From the IMG/VR virus record IMGVR_UViG_3300045988_103312, positions 1 through 52,573 of that record: a stretch of 52,573 nt of DNA; one strand, given 5' to 3'. Under the pieces are notes generated by a model. The model was not told where the DNA came from and made no database searches. It saw only the letters and a program-made list of their open reading frames with translations. Below, piece after piece: positions 1 through 6,900 of the stretch. Source of the DNA: a virus. The position numbers were made by a program, and so were the translations under genes. Every line of letters starts with the position of its first letter. Positions within the stretch are counted from its first letter, which is position 1.

Positions 1-55
1 ATCGTAGACAGGATATTTTGCTGAGCGTTGGATATGTTTTGGATGTCCAGCAGCA
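1..55. repeat. Terminal direct repeat (nt 1-55 = nt 52519-52573); contig closes into a 52,518-bp circle
   Basis: Identical 55-mer atcgtagacaggatattttgctgagcgttggatatgttttggatgtccagcagca read at both ends; a minus-strand ORF stays in frame across the junction. Confidence 0.95.
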
Positions 56-188
56 TCCGCGTCTGTTGGTGCTGCGCGTCCTCCAGCGCATTAAGGCGGC
101 GCTGGTAGCTCTTATGATCGGACTCGTTGCTGGCCTTCAGCGCCGCGAGTTCCTCTCCAATCGCATGCAGATGGTTTTCGTCGTTCAT
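1..188 (-). CDS. XhlA-like lysis-associated membrane protein, 5' part (ATG at 188; continues over the circular junction into 52518..52359; 115 aa total)
   Basis: GGAGG 8 nt upstream of ATG; N-terminal coiled coil (MNDENHLHAIGEELAALKASNES...) and C-terminal TM helix (KKLAFEIVKYVVLAAVGVAVGYIIKGV) as in XhlA-type proteins; lies between endolysin and holin. Confidence 0.6.
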   Translation of the reverse strand, partial: MNDENHLHAIGEELAALKASNESDHKSYQRRLNALEDAQHQQTRMLLDIQNISNAQQNILST

Positions 189-208
189 TGGCGTATCCTC
201 CGATCCTG

Positions 209-1201
209 TTATTTCAGCTTTCCGTATTTGCCGGACACCCAGGCGTTTTGATTTTCATATGCTACCAGCAGCCAGCCGTTGTCGGCCGTCTCGCCGCCGT
301 AGGGGAGCACGTCGCCCCGATGGGCAACGCCGAGGATTTTGCCGTCGGTGTTGGGCGCGGTGCGCACATAGCAATTGCCGCCCTCGATGGCCACATAGCG
401 ATGCTCCGCCTCCGGCTCGTCCGCTTCCAGCGCCTCCAGCATGGCCGCATGGCTCTTGGGGCCGTACTGGCCATCCATGCCAAGCTTGTGATCGCCCTGA
501 AACGCCCTCACCGCAAACTCCGTGGCGTCGCCGAACTCGCCGTCCGCGCCCCACTTGCCCAGATCGTAGCCCAGCTGGATGAGGTACTGCTGGAGCTGCT
601 TCACGTCCGCGCCCTCCGCGCCGTGCTTCAGCAGCCGCTCGCCCAGCGCGTACTCTCTGGCCTCGACAGTTCCCTCGTACTTCGCGCCGTCGTCCAGCAC
701 CACAACCGTGTGGCCGTGGGTCTTGGTCACGAGGATGTCGCCCTTGCCGAGGTACGCGCTCTGGTCGGTGTACTTCGCGCCCTTCAGCTCCACAAATGCG
801 CCGGTTTTCAGCAGATTCGCGGGCATGTTCCCCGTTCGGAAATCGCTGGGCAGGCCCTTGATGCCCGCGTAGGCGCAGCACACCCGCACCAGCGCCGAGC
901 AGTCCGTCTCGCAGTTGGTCTTGACCTTGGCGCAGTCAAAGCCCACCGCCTCGGCCACCTTGTACAGCGTGTTGCGCTGCCACTGGTCATAGCCGATGTG
1001 GCTGTTTTTGCACGCCGCCTCCATGTCCGCGGCGATCCTCAGCGCCGCCGTGCGATCCTTGGCGCGGAACACCCGCCAGCCCTTTTTGTGGACGTAAAAC
1101 TTCTGTTTGCTTACTTCTTTCCCGGTTTGATCCCCAGCTTTTCCGCCATAAGCCTTTCCTCTTTCATCAATTCGCGCGGAACCTACGTACACGTTAGACA
1201 T
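209..1201 (-). CDS. Endolysin: NlpC/P60-type peptidase + peptidoglycan-binding repeat + SH3-like C-terminus
   Basis: Cys/His pair in DCSALVRVCC ... THGHTVVVLDDG; PG_binding_1-like LQQYLIQLGYDLGKWGADGEFGDATEFAVRAFQ; SH3-like NGWLLVAYENQNAWVSGKYGKL; adjacent to holin genes. Confidence 0.9.
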   Translation of the reverse strand: MSNVYVGSARIDERGKAYGGKAGDQTGKEVSKQKFYVHKKGWRVFRAKDRTAALRIAADMEAACKNSHIGYDQWQRNTLYKVAEAVGFDCAKVKTNCETDCSALVRVCCAYAGIKGLPSDFRTGNMPANLLKTGAFVELKGAKYTDQSAYLGKGDILVTKTHGHTVVVLDDGAKYEGTVEAREYALGERLLKHGAEGADVKQLQQYLIQLGYDLGKWGADGEFGDATEFAVRAFQGDHKLGMDGQYGPKSHAAMLEALEADEPEAEHRYVAIEGGNCYVRTAPNTDGKILGVAHRGDVLPYGGETADNGWLLVAYENQNAWVSGKYGKLK

Positions 1202-1805
1202 GAATTACCACACTTCCTTTCGCTCTTTGCTCCCCTCTAATAATTCTTCCAACTTGGCTTTCGCCAATTTGAAACTCTTTTGCAATACTAGCATTCGACA
1301 TGCTGCTAGTTGCTTTCATCCACCTGATTTTCTCAACTTCTTCGTCAGAAAGTTTGTAATGATAGGCACTTTCACCATATCTTCTTTCTGTTCTTCTGTT
1401 GGTTCTCAATCCAGTCCTCAACGCATGGATATTGTTGTGAGATTGGGTACACCATTCGAGATTCTCAATATTGTTATTGAGTTTATTTCCGTCAATATGG
1501 TTTACAACATCATATCCATTTGGGTTATCAAGAAACGCCATCGCAACCAACCTATGTATCTTGATTTGCTTTGACTTGCCATCAACCATAAAATTGTATA
1601 CTCGATAACCTGTATTCCCGACTGCGCATTCAATAATTTTCTCTGGCACAAAACGGTTTCGCGAATTAATATAGCTATTTCGCCGTAGTCGCCCTGTGGA
1701 TGAAATTGAGTATGAAGCATGCACCCCTAAAACAGCGAGAGACTTCCACTCTTCGGCCTTGCCCCTCTCGTCGATTCTCGCCGATCCTACCCGTACCGTT
1801 GCCAT
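1194..1805 (-). CDS. HNH homing endonuclease (HNH_3/NUMOD-like), N-terminus duplicated from endolysin
   Basis: VNHIDGNKLNNNIENLEWCTQSHN motif; C-terminal HTH-like ASIAKEFQIGESQVGRII; visibly AT-rich; first 17 aa match endolysin N-terminus; stop overlaps lysin ATG (ATGTCTAA). Confidence 0.85.
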   Translation of the reverse strand: MATVRVGSARIDERGKAEEWKSLAVLGVHASYSISSTGRLRRNSYINSRNRFVPEKIIECAVGNTGYRVYNFMVDGKSKQIKIHRLVAMAFLDNPNGYDVVNHIDGNKLNNNIENLEWCTQSHNNIHALRTGLRTNRRTERRYGESAYHYKLSDEEVEKIRWMKATSSMSNASIAKEFQIGESQVGRIIRGEQRAKGSVVIHV

Positions 1806-1822
1806 GTTTCATCCATCCTTTC

Positions 1823-2134
1823 TCATTTCGGCGTTCCCGCCGCGATCCATGTCACAGCGGGCATGCGTCCCGATGAATCACCGTTAAAAATCCGCGCCGT
1901 GAAACCCGTGGTCGTGGGCAAACCGTTCACCGACACGCAGCATCGCCCAAATGTCCCCGCAGTGGACTCTGACTTGAAGCCCACCACCACTACAGGCACG
2001 CTCTGAAACGCCTTGGGGAACGTCACCGATACATCTGCATAGCTGCCGCTGGATACGTTCGTCGCAGCGATAAGTCCGCACTGCACGCCCACATCCGCCG
2101 GGAAATGGTTGTGCCCAGTGTTCCAGTTCGCCAT
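1823..2134 (-). CDS. Small H-type-lectin-like domain protein (tail-fibre accessory?)
   Basis: VSVTFPKAFQSVPVVVVGFKS...TTGFTARIFN...AVTWIAAGT matches the H-type lectin layout by eye; last gene of the fibre cluster. Confidence 0.5.
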   Translation of the reverse strand: MANWNTGHNHFPADVGVQCGLIAATNVSSGSYADVSVTFPKAFQSVPVVVVGFKSESTAGTFGRCCVSVNGLPTTTGFTARIFNGDSSGRMPAVTWIAAGTPK

Positions 2135-2290
2135 TTACGCCACCCCCAGAGCCGCGCGGATGGCCTCAAGGTCGTCCGTGGTCAGGGCGGGGTAGTCCGC
2201 TGCGATGTCCTCAAAGGATTCACCGTTCGCGATGCGGATGCGGAACGCCCGCACCATGATTCGCAGCTTCAGATTGTTCAAAGTCTTCAT
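2135..2290 (-). CDS. Hypothetical 51-aa protein (below ORF-track cutoff)
   Basis: MKTLNNLKLRIMVRAFRIRIANGESFEDIAADYPALTTDDLEAIRAALGVA; GGAGGAGG SD just upstream; fills the gap between 2134 and 2292 exactly. Confidence 0.45.
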   Translation of the reverse strand: MKTLNNLKLRIMVRAFRIRIANGESFEDIAADYPALTTDDLEAIRAALGVA

Positions 2291-2291
2291 G

Positions 2292-2597
2292 TCATTCACC
2301 TCCTCCAATCAGGTCTGCCATCATCAGGATTATATCGTCTGTCGTGCCCTCTAGCACGTCGAGGCGCTGTTCCGGCGTTGGAGACGGGGTAGGTACATTC
2401 GCCTGCATTGCCTCCATTTCGGCGATTTCCTCCGGTGTCATCTCCACGTTCTGTGCTTCCATTATGGGCACAGTCACGGTGTAGGTTTCATCGTAGGATT
2501 CCGAGATCAGCTCGCCCATCTCGCTGTATTGAGCGGGGATGGTGCGGATGCGAGTCTCCGTTCGTTCACCGGTTTTGACCAGTACGTTTTTCTTCAT
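2292..2597 (-). CDS. Hypothetical acidic 101-aa protein downstream of tail fibre
   Basis: ATGA overlap with stop of fibre gene (2594-2597); no motif recognised. Confidence 0.6.
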   Translation of the reverse strand: MKKNVLVKTGERTETRIRTIPAQYSEMGELISESYDETYTVTVPIMEAQNVEMTPEEIAEMEAMQANVPTPSPTPEQRLDVLEGTTDDIILMMADLIGGGE

Positions 2598-3967
2598 GCT
2601 CTCACCCCGTAGATTTTGAGATTTGTGCCCTTCGGGATCGGCCCGGAAATTTTTAGTGTGGTTATTCGCGAAGGTTTGGTTGTAGCGCTAAATATTGTCT
2701 TCATCGCGAGAAGATTGATGCCCATAAGCGAAGGCGTTGACGAAACGGATGTAGTACTATACTTGTAATAACCATTAGCGGTGCCATGTTCGACAACAAC
2801 TTCATACTGGGCTGCTATCTGAGCAAGACCCCAGTACGCCGAAAATGAATGACCGGAGTCGAAGCTCGTTTCCAGTGCACATGTACCCGTGTGACCGGAT
2901 TCGCCGATAATCATAAGGTACATTCTGGTTATATCCAGATTGCGCTCGACAAGTTTAACGTTATCCTCATCCACTGTAATCTCCTCGATCAGCTCATACG
3001 GCTTATCAATGCCCATCCTATCCCGTGCAGCCTTCTGTTCAGCGTCCGTCCACGCCGCGCCTTTGCCGTCGCACATGGCGGCTTTGACGGCGTAGTCCAT
3101 GTTCGCGCATACTATCGTTTTACGATTTCCAACTCTCCTAGATATTTCCTCATCGGTGGCATACGAAATCATCAAGCTGCCGTTATTGTTCCAGATGCCG
3201 CTATTTGTTGGAGTGAGTATACTTACTACGCCCGGCGTGGTCGCCTGTGCAATCGGCACATTCGCCACACCGCCATCCAGCACGCTGTTGCCAGCGACCT
3301 GCACATCCTTGACCGGCGCATACCCCAGCGCAGCTTCGATGTTCTCGGCGGTTACAGATGCGTCGCTGCCCGGATCGCCCTTTGGCCCCTGTCCGCCGGG
3401 ATCACCTGTGTCACCTTTGTCACCCTTAGCACCGGGTGCTCCGTCCTTACCGTCAGTACCGTCTCTGCCCGGCCTGCCCTCGGGGATGCCAAAGTGCATC
3501 GTTCCCGTCTTTCCGTCGTATTCCGCCGTGGCAGGCTCTCCGTAGGCCACGCTCTCGGCCTCGGCCTTCATGTTCTTGATGCTGCCGATGGCGGTGGTAA
3601 TCTTGTCCACCCAGTCCATGCCCGGCTCCGGTGCGTCCGTCTCCTGCCCGGTCAGACTTTTGTCCACCATAGTAGAGAGGATTTTGGATTTGGCCAGCAC
3701 ACCGTCCACCGTAACGCGCACCTCTGCCTCGCCGCTCCCAGCAATGGCCGTGTCCGCGCTGGTGGGCTGCCAGACGAGACATCCGTCCCGCAGCTCCGCC
3801 GCCACGGGATAGATGCCGCTCTCGCCATGCCGCCGGTGCAGCAGCGTCACCACCGCACCGGGGTACTCCACGAGGTATTCAGACACATCAATTTCTACCG
3901 TTCGCGCGAGATTCTCGCCGCACCTGCCGAGCAGTATGTATCCGCCCTTGGTCACATCATATTTCAC
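2594..3967 (-). CDS. Tail fibre / baseplate upper protein (BppU-like N-domain) with collagen-like triple-helix segment
   Basis: N-terminus MKYDVTKGGYILLGRCGENLARTVEIDVSEY... like BppU N-domain; 12 G-X-Y triplets GRPGRDGTDGKDGAPGAKGDKGDTGDPGGQGPKGDPG (nt 3368-3478); AT-richer C-terminal head domain. Confidence 0.8.
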   Translation of the reverse strand: MKYDVTKGGYILLGRCGENLARTVEIDVSEYLVEYPGAVVTLLHRRHGESGIYPVAAELRDGCLVWQPTSADTAIAGSGEAEVRVTVDGVLAKSKILSTMVDKSLTGQETDAPEPGMDWVDKITTAIGSIKNMKAEAESVAYGEPATAEYDGKTGTMHFGIPEGRPGRDGTDGKDGAPGAKGDKGDTGDPGGQGPKGDPGSDASVTAENIEAALGYAPVKDVQVAGNSVLDGGVANVPIAQATTPGVVSILTPTNSGIWNNNGSLMISYATDEEISRRVGNRKTIVCANMDYAVKAAMCDGKGAAWTDAEQKAARDRMGIDKPYELIEEITVDEDNVKLVERNLDITRMYLMIIGESGHTGTCALETSFDSGHSFSAYWGLAQIAAQYEVVVEHGTANGYYKYSTTSVSSTPSLMGINLLAMKTIFSATTKPSRITTLKISGPIPKGTNLKIYGVRA

Positions 3968-3981
3968 TGCTTATTGCCTCC

Positions 3982-6900
3982 TTACTTGCGATAGCTGATC
4001 TTCAGCACCGGCTCGCCCGATTCGCCCTTGCCCGCGAACCTTGAGTAGCTCGCCGTATAGCTCTTGCCGCCCACGGTCGTCGTGTCGGGATTGTAGAGCA
4101 TCAGGCCCGTGTATCCGTTGGTCTTCATGGCCTTCACCGCATTTGTCACATCGATGCTCACCGTCTGGTTTTCGTAGGCCGTCTTGCTGGCGTGGAGCGT
4201 GCCCGGCACATCGTAGCATCGCACATGCACGCTCACACCGCCGCCCTGACCCACGCCGCCGATGCGCTTGATCGTCAGTGTTGCCGAGTCGATCTTGTCC
4301 GCGCTCGTCAGATCGCTGGGCAGGCTAAACAGCATCACGCCCTTGCGCAGCGACTGAGAGCTGCTGTAGCGGCCCTGATAGAGCTTGCTGCCGTAGCCGC
4401 TGGTGGACGTGCTCGTAGGAGACAGGCTCGCCGTCACCGTCTGGGTCGTTGGGATGCTCGGGTCGGGCTTGGCCGCGAAGGTCGGGTCGTCCGTCGAGTT
4501 GTAGACCTCGCTGCCCGCTCCGAGAGAGAGCGTGCCGGTGGGCTTGCTTCCGCTCGCCCACAGCCGGGAGAAGCTGCTCAGCGCCGCCAGCGTCGTGCAG
4601 TCGCCTTCGCAGTCGCTCAGCCAAGCCTCGGACGGCCAGTTGGCTCCCAGTCTCAGACCCGTGCCCGCGTTCAGACTGCATTCCAACAGCATCACCGCGC
4701 CGTCGTCTACCGTGACCGCCACACCAGAGGTGGAAAACTCCATGCTTTCCACATACACGATGACGTTTCGCCCACAGCCCCGCACCGTCAGAGCGTTCAG
4801 CGCGCCGTTTCGCAGCGTCAGCTTTCCTGCCGCGCCGCAGAGGCCCTGCACCTCGAAGCTGCCGGACGAGACGTTGATGCAGTTCACGTCCACATCCCCC
4901 GTCAGGCACTTCCCGCTCAGGCCCTCCAGATACGCCGCCAGTTCGCCAGCATTCGCCGGAGTATAGCTCGCCGCGCCCTGAGTATGTACCACCGAGTCAG
5001 ACACGATCATGTCCGCCTCAACCACCTCGGCATGCACGCCGTCCGCGTCCACGCGCAGCACATCGTCTTCGCCATCGTCCGACGGAACGGCCACCTCCAT
5101 GCGCTTCGAGACAATCCTCACGCGCTCGGTGTTGATGTCCACCTTGCTGTAGTCGCTGTTCACGCTCAGACTGCCCGCCGGGTCTTCCGGTGCGGGCGAC
5201 CAGTCGGTAGACTTGTTGCCCTTTTCCAGCTTCAGGTTTTTGAAGATATGAACGGAGCCGACCGCCGTCGGCAGTCTCGTAATATAGATTTCGGTGGAGC
5301 CAAGCAAGAAATCCGGAATGTTTTCAACCGTTGTGAATGTACCCGAGACATGCGTCCATTCATTCGCCGGAATCTCTTTCCAGTAGCCACCGTCATTCGT
5401 TGCGGCGTTCGAGCCGTCGCCTCTTCGGATAGAAAACATAACTCCGTTTGCCGTCGCGACCGACGGCTTGTAATCGAAGCTCAGCGTGTACTCCGTGTTC
5501 GGCTCCAGCAGGGCGTATGCGTCTTCGCTGACCGAGTAGCTTATAATGCTCCAGCCTGTCTGTTCCACCGCATCTCTCGTCATCTTAACTGCCCGAACTC
5601 CGCCACCCAGATACTCTTCGATGGTTTTCCCGCCGGTCTGCATAGACCAGTCCCAGTTGGCCGTTCCCTGATTTGTACCCCGAAGCAGGTTCCTACCGCC
5701 CACAGCGATGCCGTCAACCTTCGTCTCCAGCACGCTCAGCGTAATGCTGTCGGCCTTCTGGTCGATCTTCGATTCCGCCGTAGTCATACGGGTCTTCAGT
5801 CCCGTGATATCAGTCGCGTTGTCGTCGGCCTTGCTGCTCAGCGTCTTATAGCTCGCCGAGCTGGTGACGGTGGATACAATCGCGTCCGGCTCGATCTTCA
5901 GCTCCGCCGCGCTCATTCGTTCCTCAATATCCTCCGGTGCGGGAGACCAGTCCGTGGCCTTGTTGCCTTTTTCGAGCTTCAGGTTTTTGAAGATGTGAAC
6001 GGAGTTGACGGCAGAGGAAAAACCCGTAAAGTATACAAGCTGATAATTGAAGGCAGGGAGTGCAGACTTCGTTTTAATTGGCACTGCGATATGCGTCCAT
6101 TCATCTGCCGGTATCGCCTGATCGTATGTCGCGGTCTGGATTGCATGATCCGTAGCCTCTCCGGTACAAATATTGACGCTGATACCATTAGGGGCCGCGA
6201 CTGTGGACTTGTAGTCCATGCTGACAATATACTCCGCGTCCGGTTCCAGCAGGACGTATGCGTCTTTACCAATTGCGTAGGATATAACGCTCCATCCCGC
6301 ATGAGGCGTAGCGTCCCTCGTCATCTTAACTGCCCGAACTCCGCCATCCAGATACTCTTCAATGGTTTTCCCACCAGTCTGCATAGACCAGTCCCAATTG
6401 GTCGTGCCCTGATTCGTGTTCCGCAACAGGTTTCGCCCACCGATACTGATGCCGTCAACCTTGTCCGTCACATACAGCTGCAAATACTTGTTTCCGCGAA
6501 TATCCATCGCGTTCAACGAATTTATAGTCGCTTCCCGAGCGAACAGCGTGTCCACGTCGATGTTGGCCGCGATGAGCTGCTTGATGGTCGCGTTGTTGGC
6601 AAAGATGTCGTTGGCATTGAGACATGCCGCCGTGACCGTGCCCTCGATGATCTTCTCCCCGGCATTGATGGATAGGTCTTTCACGTCGCTGTTCACGACC
6701 TGCTTTTTCTCGGTGACGATGTTCCCATCCGCGTCCACGGACACGGAGTAAAACGAGCCGTCCTGCCCCTTGACCAGCAGCTCGCCCACGCTCAGGCTGA
6801 CCATATTCGCCTCGGTGACGGCCAGCCGCGCGATATGCAGCTTGTCGCCCACGCCCGCGGTAAAGATGGCCGTGCCCGCCACCAAGTCCTTGATATGCGC

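Noticed and set aside
1194-1805. The HNH ORF as the resident of a group I intron splitting the endolysin gene.
   Set aside because: I cannot identify intron core pairings by eye. The downstream lysin has its own complete N-terminus, ATG and coupling overlap, so no splicing is needed to make lysin. Kept only as an alternative to be tested by RT-PCR.
5180-6470. The two repeated modules in the tail protein as a diversity-generating retroelement (template/variable repeat pair).
   Set aside because: No reverse transcriptase gene is present anywhere in the genome. The differences between the copies are not restricted to adenine positions. Both copies are in-frame parts of the same protein.
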